A stretch of DNA of 64,000 nt, taken from assembly GCF_001194135.2 (NCBI RefSeq), contig NC_068994.1:26752632-26816631 (forward strand), written 5' to 3'. Source of the stretch: Octopus bimaculoides. Taxonomy: Eukaryota. The position numbers were made by a program, and so were the translations under genes. Below, in pieces: positions 12,181-23,173 of this stretch (the stretch's first letter is position 1; the number at the start of each line of letters is the position of its first letter). The notes under the pieces are model-generated. The model had not been told where the DNA came from. It was given only the letters and a program-made list of their open reading frames with translations, and ran no database searches.

Positions 12181-12447
12181 TCTTAGATTGTACAAGACAT
12201 GTAAGTCTTCCTGCATTCTGCTCTGCCATATGGTGCACTGGCTTGGAGAGTGATCAGTTGAAATACTTGGACTCTTGCTTAAGAATGTCCCAAGCCTGTC
12301 AAAAGACCCAGTGCTTTCTAGTGATAGCAGGTTATTTTTGAACTCTGGACACACAGAACTGGAACAAATTGTTGCAAGGCTTTCTACACAATGTTCCAAC
12401 AATGCACATAATTTGATTCACATACACACATATGCACATACATACAT

Positions 12448-12518
<71 letters not shown>

Positions 12519-13509
12519 CAAGGTTATAAAATAAAATTGATCTCTCTACAATTTGTACAGCATATGTTTCTGGTCTTGACTAGCTCCAGTGATTATTCTA
12601 ACCAACCATGCATGACACAATGTGTCTGTTACTGATTGTAAGTATTCTATAATTATGAGAGAAACCTATGGACATGATTAATGATTACTTTAATGATTCA
12701 AGTCTTAGATGTGTGGATCTTAGAATTCTATGAAACAGTGAGGAATTACACTTGGCTATCATTTGAGAAAATATTAAAAACATAAGAAATATTATTCAGA
12801 ACTGTTTAATGTCTGGAAAATAGACACTCACCTTACATTTGTAATAACAACAGCAACAAACAGCTTTAATCAGAAAGGAATGGTTAAATTCTTGCAAGAA
12901 TTTATGTTTCAATATAAATATGTAAACTCATTAACTAACAGATTAAGCATAGATTACAAGCATTTTAATAATAAATAGTAAATAATTGGTACATGTTTAG
13001 AAATATTAATCTTGTGACATTCATTGATAAATTATCTGGTTTTTCATATTATACAATACAATGGCTATTGCAAGCTTAACTATAAATAACAGCTTTCTAA
13101 CATAATGAGAACACCTGTATAGTCAATTATTATTACATTAATAACAAAAGTCACAATTCTTAAAAGCTAAAGTGTAAAAATCTTAGTCCATAAAATATTT
13201 TTTATCTCTTCTCAGCTTTTACTATTGTTTGGAAACTGTTTTTGTGTGTGACCATTTTTTGGCCTTTGGTCAAAATTGACCAATGCTGGCATTGTTATTT
13301 TTATATACAATTAATTTTTGTTATCATAGAATTTCCCACAAGACATCTGCTAGATATTTCAACAAATTATATGAAGATTTCAGATATTCACAGCCCATAG
13401 ACTGTAGTTTTCACATGAGAATTGTGCTCAAGATCTTTGATAGCATTGACAATTGATACTATTCACATAGGATATATTGATACTATTCACATAGGATATA
13501 TCTTTAATT

Positions 13510-13885
13510 GTTTCAGTTATGTTGGAGAACTACCTTGAAGAGTTTTAGTTGAACAAATCAACCCCAGTACTTATTGTTTTTTATACAAGCATGGCACTTA
13601 TTCTATCAATTACATTTGTCAGATTGCTAAATTGTGGGGATGTAAACAAACCAATATTGGTTGTCAAGCAGTAGGAGTGGCGGTAAACACACACACATGC
13701 ATGCGTGCACACACACATGCATGCGTGCACACACACACACACACACAAGACTCCTACACAGTTTCCATTTACCAAACCCATGCACAAGGCATTGGTTAGT
13801 CTGTGGCAATAGCAGAAAACACTTACCCAAACTGCCATGCAGTGGGAGGGACTGAACCTGAAACTTTATGGCTGCAAAACCTTTT
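13510..13885 (-). mobile_element. Near full-length tRNA-derived SINE (head, CA-rich linker, 3' half)
   Basis: Head gttcagtccctcccactgcatggcagtttgggtaagtg; same family as 42434-42592. Confidence 0.8.
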
Positions 13886-14249
13886 GTTTGGCTAATATCT
13901 TGTGAATATGTAACCACTGTTTTCTGTGAAAATAACATCTACGAAATTCAAGAATATTCTGCCCATCTCACTTCAAACCACTGGGGAAATTACTTTAGAG
14001 GGAATGAATTAATTGCTTTAATGTGCTCTACCACTGAAGTCTGTTGTGCTGATGAATTAAAAGAACAAAACCAAACAAGAAGAAGCAAAACAGCTGGGGA
14101 ATCTTTTCAATACTATGTTGTTGAATTTCTGCAATTGACTTGAATGCATGTGCAAGGTATGTTCTACACATACTGATTTCAAACATGAGCTACTCTGCAC
14201 TGAACTCCTTTCACAGAGAATCCAACAGCGTCCCATAATCCTTTGTGTC

Positions 14250-14499
14250 TGTAATAGTGTAGTAATTCTCAATTTCATTAATACAGGAGGCTGAAAAGAT
14301 GGGCTGTAAATTGACTTTATTCTTCTAAGAATAAGAGTACAGTATCTGTCAGTAGTAGCTCTAGTCATGAACCTGGCTGGTCAGCAGACAACCATATTTA
14401 AATACTATTTCTAAACCTCGTTTTCAACTAGCTGTAGTAAAATTGACAGTAGTAAAGATAACGTACAGTTATAGTAATAATATCAATAATATTAATACA
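14250..14499 (-). repeat. 3' LTR
   Basis: Colinear with 17273-17544 (shared gagtacagtatc...gctctagtcatgaacctggctggtcag); AATAAA on the minus strand at 14316-14321. Confidence 0.92.
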
Positions 14500-14577
14500 C
14501 TTAGTTTTGTTTGTTTTTGTATATACCTGTAGTGTTGTCACGCTTACTTCAAAGGAAGAAGTGAGTAGCAAAGCGAG

Positions 14578-14775
14578 AGAGAGGAAGTAAGAGAGAGAGA
14601 GAAAGAGAGAAAGACAGTAAGTGGTGACATTTGTTTTGTGTTTTTAAATGTTTCAGAGAGGAAGTAAGATAGAAACAGATAGAGAGAGTGAGAGAGAAAG
14701 AGAGAGGGAGAGAAAGAGCGAGAGTGAAAGAGACAGTGAGTGGTGATGGAATTCGTTTTGTGTTTTTAAATGTTT
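14578..14775 (+). repeat. AG-rich tandem duplication of about 100 bp inside the Gypsy element
   Basis: gagaggaagtaag...agacagt(a/g)agtggtga...ttttgtgtttttaaatgttt occurs twice. Confidence 0.7.
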
Positions 14776-15229
14776 ATCATATCGCAAGAAAAGTAGATAC
14801 ATAGATTGAAAGAAAAGTTGATAAATAGATACATAGACACAGCAAATATTGGATGTCACTTACACTTTTCATTACCATCTGAAGATAAAATTATCTTGCA
14901 AGTAGCTGAGTACTCTACAGACATACACATCATTCTCAAGGAAAGTCAGCCGTACCCAGAATATGACAAGGCTGGCCCCTTTGAATTGCAGCTACAACTC
15001 ATTTTGGCTAGCTGAGTGGACTAGAGCAAGATTAACCTTCAAGTGGTAGAAAGAAAACAGAAAAAGATCCTATATAGGGGCAGGAAAATTTTTTTAGTTG
15101 TTAGAGTCACTATGGGTGTTAATCCGGTCCTAACAGTGGCAGTTGTGGGTCTCACAGATCTGGGGCTAAGCCCCCAGTTAAACACCAATGCCCAGGCTGT
15201 TGTCATCAAATTGAGCATGAGTTGAGGAT

Positions 15230-15960
15230 GAATACACGACGAAATAGCAATTATACTTTAAAGAGTGATAGCAATATCAGAAGCAACTGTTTCCACCAAA
15301 GGTACTTGATGGTCACTGGTGACCAGAGCAGTGCCTTCGAGCTCTGACTTGAGGTTTCAGAAAGACTGTTTAACAACATCAGGGAGGGGAAAAGTCTTAT
15401 TGTGTATCAATTTTGTCAGAAAAATAGGAGATCCAGTGAGAATAATAAACAAACATCCTGATGCTTTGGTATCTTGAGGAGATGGGAGCTTGCACAAGCA
15501 GCAGGATCATTCTGAATCTGGTCTGATTACCCCTTTGGACACTTTGTAACCCAGTCCTGGCAGCAATGACTGTTTTCTTATTGTTAATGGTAAGTCTGTA
15601 TATCTTCCTGACTTGAAGGAATCTTTCACAATTTTCATTATGTTCTATTCTTGTGCCTGCATATTGTGACATTGTCAATGTAGGTGAAGGTATCCTCTAG
15701 TTTTGTTTGTTTGATAAGATAATCAATAATATGTTGAAAACAAGCTATACTATTTGTGACTCTGAATGGTTTACGACAGAATTGATACAGGTTCCCACAT
15801 GCTTCAAATGCTGTAAATTTGTTTTCATCTTTGTGTATAGGTATCTGATGATAAGCACTCTTAAGATTAAAAGTAGTGAATATCTTGTAGTGAGATATTT
15901 TCTCAACCAGTTCATCAATTACATGGCACAGGGTAGATGTTTTTGTGTGATTTATCACTA
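15230..15960 (-). pseudogene. Gypsy pol remnant: reverse transcriptase and start of RNase H
   Basis: FNLKSAYHQIPI, KFTAFEA, YQFCRKPF, FTYIDNVTIC (YIDD mutated), then VPLVETVASDIAI (ETDASD-like); stops and frameshifts. Confidence 0.92.
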
Positions 15961-16249
15961 GTGACTAAAACTTGTATCTTCTATAGAGAATGAAAACGAG
16001 AATGAAATTTGTTTCTGATCCAGCAATGGCAGGTACCTGGATTTAGTAGTAATAAGTTTTCAGTGTGGTGGAAGTGACCCGAATAGTGTAGGAGTGTCAA
16101 CATGAGCCGCTGTCAAACCACAAAGTGAAAATGGAGGTCTGGGACCCCCTAAAGCTATGTTTACTTGTTCATGCTGTTTCAGAAAGTTGTGCCGAAGTAA
16201 GACATCTGAGCAAAGCTTGGGTAAGTGAAAGCTTCACATTGGGGTAATC

Positions 16250-17258
16250 ATTGTCATGATAGACCATTTTGGAAAAACAGTGACCTTGTGTAAAGCTTGA
16301 CTAGGTAGTATAGGCTATTGAAATCAGTGTTAGATGGATGGATATACCAACAATGTGAGTGTACAATATGACATGATATATAATTATCAGAGCCTCCATT
16401 ATTAACCAAAGCATTGAGTTTCACACCATTTACATACACTTTAACAATAGTAGAAGACAACGATGCCAGAAGAGCTGCAGAGAATATGGCAGACAATGTG
16501 GGATTTGTGTATGTAATAAAGCATTTGTTCATGTGAGACAATTGACATACTCACTAGAAGTGACTGACTTTGTTGCAGGATTTACATGTTGCTTCCTGGG
16601 CTGGGCACTTGGAACATGGGTGTTTGTTGTAGCCACAGAAAAACATCTAGGTGTGGCAGCCGCTAAATTGGAATCAGGTACAGTATCATGTTTCAGGCTG
16701 GGAGCACAGGATTCATTAGGAGAACCAACTGACCTTAAGTAATTCAAAGATTGAGTCTCTGCTGTTTCCAGTGCTCATTCTTGGATGAAGGCTTGGTAGA
16801 GATCTAGGTTGCCCTGCTCCAACAACCACTGGCTACTAGAATGCATGTCACTTATTAAGTCATCTCTTACAGTTTCATTGAGATGTTCAGTAGCTGAAAC
16901 AGCTTTGTATCCACAGTCTTTTGCCAAAAGTTTGAGCTTCTGGAGGTATTGATCTAAACTTTGTTTGTACACTTGATTGCAAGTGTATAACAGGGTGATG
17001 TGCATACACTACATTCTTTGGTTTCGTGTATTGCAATGTAAGAACATTAAGGGCTCTGTTGTATGTTTTGCAGTCTGCAATATATTCAAACATGTCGGGG
17101 CCGATGTAATTGGTGAGCAGGTGGAATTTATCCTCTTCTGCTGCATTAAGTGAATCTAGGAAGTTCGTAAAAGTAAAATGCCAATGCTTCTATCGTTTTC
17201 TGGTAATAGGTGAGGCTGGGTCAACATTGAAATTTTCCAGGTATAGTGCTTTGTTCAT
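16250..17258 (-). pseudogene. Gypsy gag (two CCHC knuckles) and aspartic protease remnant
   Basis: ATG at 17258: MNKALYLENFNVDPASP...KHWHFTFTNFL; CF(F)CGYNKHPCSKC-PAQEAT-CKSCNKVSHFxxVC; VNGVKLNALVNNGGSDNYIS (ALVDTGS-like). Confidence 0.9.
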
Positions 17259-17272
17259 TTAGAAGAGTAAAT

Positions 17273-17544
17273 TGTGGTAGCGTAGCAATTCTCAGTTTTC
17301 TTAATACATGAGACTGAAAAGATGGGTTGTAAATCGGTTTTACTCTTCTAAGAATGAGAGTACAGTATCCATCAATAGTAGCTCTAGTCATGAACCTGGC
17401 TGGTCAGTAGACAGCCATGTTTAAATATCATTTCTAAAACTAGTTTTCATTCCAAAGCCTTGTCTTCAATTGGCTGTAGTAATATTGACAGTAGTAAATA
17501 TGACATGGATAGTTATAGTAATAATATCAGTAATTATTACCACA
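17273..17544 (-). repeat. 5' LTR
   Basis: TGTGGTA...TACCACA inverted termini; about 20 nt longer than the 3' LTR. Confidence 0.92.
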
Positions 17545-18181
17545 GTGTCCTCTTTTGTTCTTGTTCTCTTCTTTCATTATATGATTGGTGTTTTTCAACT
17601 TCATGTCAGTTCTGAATCTTTGAAAAAGACTTGCACATTCCCTGCTCTGTGAGATTCAGTTACTTCACCAATTCCTAAGAAAAGTGTACCTTCTTTACAG
17701 TAATCATCACTAATTTATTTAGCAGAAACTGATTTCATTCTACATTCTATTGGCTGAATTAAACCATGATTAATGTATTGAAGTTCACAATCAATAGCAT
17801 TATATGGAGTAAAATTAAGTCTCATTGAGATTAACTTTGCTTTTTATCCTTCCAGGTTCAATAAAATAAAATACTAGGGTCGATTTAATCAGCTAACTTC
17901 AACCCACCAAATCTATGACCTTGTACCTATATTAGAAATGAATATATATGGAATGGATGGCTTGTTACAGTATCTGTATTTCAGAATCTCCTACCCTAGA
18001 TAACTAGTTGTTTGTGGAAAGTGTGTCTTACATTCATTATATGAATCATATATTCACCTATCAATTTTATTACAAAATGCACAGCTATGAACCTTCAGAT
18101 GCCATTTTGGTTGCATTGTGTGAAGATGTTTGTTTCCAAACATGTTTGATGAATGTCATTTATATAAATGAATAATATTCT

Positions 18182-18319
18182 CTCACCACATAGAAATAAT
18201 GAAGCCTTAAATATAGTATGAGTATATAAATGAAATAAAGCTAATGTAGGCATACAGATACCCAATGATATTATCTCCAACTGTCTTAAAGTGGACAACA
18301 CAATGATCTTTTTTATATC
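18182..18319 (-). pseudogene. ND5: NUMT: fragment of mitochondrial NADH dehydrogenase subunit 5
   Basis: In the invertebrate mitochondrial code it reads [45 protein letters not shown], matching the ND5 DLKKIIALSTLSQLG...FHLxTHAxFKALLFLC signature; AGA=Ser restores LSTLSQL. Confidence 0.9.
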
Positions 18320-19849
18320 CTATCAACCCCTATGATGAACATCATTCCAGCAACTTCTTTTCGATATTCTCTTCCTTCTTCTGTTTAAATAATAGGTAGT
18401 TAATTGTAAAAACCTTCATACTTTGCTACTCTCATATTGTTAATGCACAGTCTACCTTTTATTTTCATCCAAAAGACTTTCCTTGTGGCTAGCAGGAATA
18501 CCTTGAAATATTATATTTTATTAGAGTTACTTCTTGCTATTTGACTTTTACAGATACATGACTAGGTGGCTGCTCTGTCACTGATTCCATTAGAGTTGTT
18601 TCTATACACACACTGTTGAGTTCTTGGTGGCTGCTTATCTAGATTCAGTCTTTACATCTGAATATAATATCAGGGTACTTTTAAAAGCGGTGAAAATGTT
18701 TTTTCTTTTATTCTTCAGAGAGTGGGGTCAAGTTCATCTAATGAATTACTCTTTGGTATCATTTTTCAATTTGGAAAACAATAGAAGTGTGCCAGAAATT
18801 AGTTCATTAGCATCAGTCTTGGAAATACGAATTAATGGCTATGATAGCAGACATGAAATCTTAGCTTCAGCACAGGATATGCAAATTAGAAATAATAATT
18901 ACAGCCTAAATTTACATTTTGTACCTTGGTAGCAGTCATCATTCTCTTCTAACAAGATAATTAAGAACTTAATAAGACAAATCCTCTATGGATTGATGCT
19001 CTTCCTGTCACCAATGCTCACCTGTTTCCAAGCAAAGTATTATATCGCATAGCACTACGGACAATGAACAACTCAGTGCCCAGACAAAATTATGAACAAA
19101 TGACACTGTTTAAATGAATGATTTAATTTGTTTTCAATATCAAGGGAAGAATACATATGCACATGCACATACATTCACACACATACATGCATATGCACAC
19201 ATACAGGCACACACATACAGGCACACACATACACATATTTGTGTGTGTAAGAGAGATTCATACTGTTTCCATTTACTCACATTATTTACAAGACATTTGT
19301 TCCACTCATGGCCTCAGTAAAAGACATTAGCTGACAGCATCCACATAGTGGGAACAAACTGTAAACTCTCTGTTACTCTCTGTGTTTCTCTATGTGATAT
19401 TTTATAGCACTGCACACATTGTACAACTATTTGTATTATTATTAATCTTATCTTGGATCTAATCTTATTCTGTTTCTTATGATCTTCAAAACTTTTTTTT
19501 GATCGTTGGTATATTATAACTGATAGTATTCTATCTACAGATTTAGTATTATTATTATAGTTAATATGATAAAAAATATACATTTTGAATATGAATGTAC
19601 TTTTTCTTTCTACTTGTTTGGTATGGGAGAAGCAGCAGTGCTCATGGACTTCGTAGGGCCTCCAAAACAAGGGAGAATGATGCTGTTTATGTTTTTGAAC
19701 ATTTGTAAGTCTGTAGGAAAGGCATGAGCAGAGAGGGAATTTCAAAGGGTTACTTTTTGTGAAGGAAGAAATGAGTGTGGGGATTAGTGTAAGACCTGGT
19801 GTGGGGATTAGTGCAAGACCTGGTGTGGGTGGATATAATAAGGGCGAGA

Positions 19850-20120
19850 GGAGGAGACATAGGGTGTCTGAAATACCTAAGTGAGAATGGTATGAGATCA
19901 GCCATCTCCAAAGAGAAGAGGTCATTATAGTAACAGTAGAAAAGGTAGAGAGAGGAGACAGTTAATGTATGGGCCAGAGAGTAGAACATATCTGTAAAGG
20001 ACTTTATGCCAGTCAGTTGCACAGCTCTATTTTGAAGATGATCTAAAATGTCTATGTGTGCTGTATCAGCACTCTCCCAGATGTGAGAATAATACTCCAT
20101 CATAGGCCCACCTGAACTTT
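19850..20120 (-). mobile_element. CR1/Jockey-group LINE ORF2 C-terminal fragment
   Basis: PMMEYYSHIWES...LDHLQNRAVQL...LAHTLTVSSLYLFYCYY, like the RPxMEYxSHVW...HRRxVASLSLFYRY motif. Confidence 0.75.
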
Positions 20121-20704
20121 GTATGCATGTATTTGTGTTTGTGTGTATGCATATATGTATGCATGCCTTCACTTTTCGTTTTACTTATTAGTTTATTCTT
20201 CCAAGTTGTAGGGAGATGGTTTCTAACAAAGAACAAAGCTCTATCACTGGAATTTGGATAACAATAATAATTATTACATGTCAAACGTTAGGAATGCCTT
20301 GCGTATTTTTACTGTTCCATCTACAGATTGTATCTGTAAAGTATATGCTGGTGGGTCTCTTTTTTTCCTTCCCATCACAAAAAACAACTTCTCCAAATTG
20401 TCAAAACCAAGTGTGAATGAGTATTGATATGGATGTGAATTTATCATCAAGATCAATAAGCTGAAAGTTTTGAAAAACTTTCCAGCTTCTTCTTCACATA
20501 GATCTTGGAAGAGATATTCACATCTGCTGGGCTATTAGCCTCTGTGGCTGTACATCATCCTTCTTTTCTGCCCCAAATAAGTATATCAAGCCTGTAATAT
20601 TTCTACTTGATAGAAATTTCGATAGGAATTTACACCAGCATTCCTTGTGCATGTATATGTGTGTGTGTGAAGCCTGTACGCATGTATGTATATTTGTGTA
20701 TATG

Positions 20705-22330
20705 CTTCTCTGTTAGCAAAAGGCAAGAGATATTGTAAAACATCATATGAACAATGAGTTTCATTTATGAACGTGATGCTATTGTCATGATATTTCAAAA
20801 CAATACCTCATTTACCATGTTGTTCTCCAACCATAATAATAGCCACTTCATTACACTTAGGAACATTGAATCAATGGACATGTTCTCCAGCTGGTCTTTT
20901 GTTGGCATCAATGACAACTTAAAAGTCCACAGTTGAAGTATATTCTAAAGCATACCGAAAGCTTCTCACATAAGAATTCTCTTCGTGAAGCATTTCATGC
21001 AGCTTAAAAATAAGTTCTAATTTTGTACCTGGACAATTCTTGTTGCGATACTGTGCTTCTTTTTGAATGTCACCTATAAAATATATTTGTAAAAATTGTG
21101 AATTTTTATTCTGTAAAGGTTTAAGAGAGACAATTCTGTGATAAATTTATCCTTGCACTTTAAAAGTTGGCATAAATCCACTTTCCCTAATAATTTTTGC
21201 CCCAAATGATGTCATTTGTAAAGCACAATTGTGTGCTCAAATATTTTTAAGAAAGTGTTTTGATTCTGAAATGGTACCCGCAAAAAGATGTTTTATAAGT
21301 TCTGGAGGCTCAATTATTGGTAAATGGACTTTACCTTTAGAACAACACATACCTAATGATTCCTTGTCCCACTTCCTAGCATCACACTTTTCACATGTTT
21401 TGCACAAAGAGCCCAGGGAGACAATTTTTTCAGATGCATAAATTTCTGTAATTTTCTTTCTTTCTCTGCAATCTTATTTCCCTATCTTTATAACCTTCTT
21501 ATTCTCTTGTCCTCCTCTCATATTCCCTCATATTTTTTTGCAACTTAACTTTCTGATGGTTTTTACTTTCTTCTACAATTTTCGTATTAAGTGTTTTCAT
21601 TCCCATTCTTTTGTCTTTTTTACTGTCTTGTGATATTTCATTTCCTTTCATGCTCATGATTGTTTATGGGAAAGAGAGCATCGTAGTGGCCATTGTCAAT
21701 TTCACCACTATATAACACTGAAATCTTCCTTTCTGTAACTGTTCGACCACGAACGGTGAGCAGAGGAAGAATAATTCCATCCTAATTTTTGTGATGAACC
21801 TGAATTGCAATATTGTACAATTCACTAATGGCAGCTAATTCAACATTACTGTTGTATGTTCCATCCCCACTCATATATATTTGGTATTCAAGTATTGTAC
21901 TATTAGGAATAAAAGAATGAAAATACTTCCTATTATTGCATATGTATCGTACAGACTCTTCCTGAAAAATTTGGTAATTTCTGATGTTTTTGAGCAAGAG
22001 TGACACAGCTCTGAACATACAGTTGCCATCATCCATGACTTTATTAAAGGAGTGAATTAATAAATTAACGTAATTGTTGAATATCTTTCAATAAATTCAG
22101 TAAGGGACTTCACCTTCAGTTTAAACTTTAGATGGTTTTGTGAACAGAATGTGACAGAAAATTACAACACCAAAAGGGATAAGATACTAAATGATAGTAA
22201 TTTCCCCTTTAGAAATCTGTCTTTCTAACTTTGTGATAGATGAATGAGTGATTATAATACAATATTGTAAATAATAAAAATGAAATTAAGAAGGTATTTC
22301 ACCTTCAATGTTGACTCGAAACATTGTATT
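20705..22330 (-). mobile_element. Helitron 5' remnant: OTU domain followed by the RepHel N-terminal region
   Basis: CEKCDARKWDKESLGMCCSKGKVHLP...SKHFLKNI...QMTSFGA...GFMPTFKVQG.IYHRI...QIYFIG...VVIDANKRPAGEH...NEVAI...ETHCSYDVLQY, typical of the Helitron N-terminus; HUH nuclease and helicase missing. Confidence 0.92.
21670..22045 (-). pseudogene. OTU-family cysteine protease (deubiquitinase) domain of the Helitron
   Basis: DDGNCMFRAVS (Cys at 22019-22021), MSGDGTYNSNVELAAISELYNI and ISVLYSGEIDNGHYDAL (21680-21691); one in-frame TAG at 21782-21784. Confidence 0.9.
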
Positions 22331-22463
22331 TGTTCATAAATGGAGAAAAAGGAATGCTTCGGTTATTCCTGGATAATTTTGGTTTAAACATTGTCAAATA
22401 TTTGTCTATAGATTTGTGAGTGTGTGTATGTGTGTTACACAGAGAGAGAGAGAAAGAGAGATA

Positions 22464-22495
<32 letters not shown>

Positions 22496-22506
<11 letters not shown>

Positions 22507-22602
22507 TCGAACAGACAGTCGAACAGACAGTCGAACAGACAGTCGAACAGACAGTCGAACAGACAGTTGAACAGACAGTCGAACAGACAGTCGAACAGAC
22601 AG
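22496..22602. repeat. 12-bp minisatellite (GACAGTCGAACA)n within (GA)n tracts
   Basis: About 8-9 directly visible units. Confidence 0.9.
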
Positions 22603-22885
22603 TGAGAGGCAGAGAAAAAGAGAGCGAGAGAGAAAGAGATATGAGCAAGAGAGAAAGAGATTGAAAGCACGTACATGTGTAGCTCTGAATGACAACTGTA
22701 TTGATGTTACTTTCCCATGGTCACTCCATATTTGTCACTTATGCAACTCTGTCTTCCTCTTCCCTAATATCTGTCACACTCTCTATGCCTTTATGTTTAT
22801 GCTCACACTATCACTCTTGCACTCTCCTCATTTTATCAAATGATATCCCAACTTACCACTCCAATTTTATAAGTTATAAGATAAG

Positions 22886-22910
<25 letters not shown>

Positions 22911-22916
<6 letters not shown>

Positions 22917-23173
22917 AAATGCTATTTGCCAACATAATGTGGTTATCCCAAAAGGGATGATGTTACTGTTGTTTTAGCCCCAAGAAACATTGTGTCTCGC
23001 TGGCTATATGACACTATCTGTGTCTATATGTTTTCGAACAGGGAGCTGTTGAATAAGCACACAGATAGTATGTTGTATAGCCAGCTAGAAATGATGTTTC
23101 TAGGGGCTAAAACAACAGTAACATCGTCCCTTTCGGGACAGCCACATTATGTTGGCAAATAGCCTTTACTTTA
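22911..23173. mobile_element. Foldback (palindromic) MITE-like element, about 260 bp
   Basis: taaagtaaatgctatttgccaacataatgtgg... pairs with ...ccacattatgttggcaaatagcctttacttta; arms of about 115 bp with a short spacer; next to (TA)n. Confidence 0.88.

Larger units (their letters stand above)
14250..17544 (-). mobile_element. Ty3/Gypsy LTR retrotransposon with both LTRs and 5-bp TSD GTGTC, internally deleted
   Basis: TG...CA direct repeats at 14250-14499 and 17273-17544; GTGTC at 14245-14249 and 17545-17549; gag, protease, RT and RNase H remnants in order on the minus strand; integrase essentially absent. Confidence 0.95.

Noticed and set aside
13452-13499. 24-bp perfect tandem duplication (also a 21-bp one at about 32815-32860)
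   Set aside because: Ordinary slippage duplications with no further structure.
18624-18932. 102-aa ORF with an acceptor-like site at about 18719
   Set aside because: No recognisable domain, no convincing donor and AT-rich codons; insufficient evidence.
22945-22970. Apparent compensatory changes in a small hairpin (ATCCC-AAAA-GGGAT vs GTCCC-GAAA-GGGAC) between foldback arms
   Set aside because: Largely explicable by CpG deamination in one arm rather than by selection on structure.
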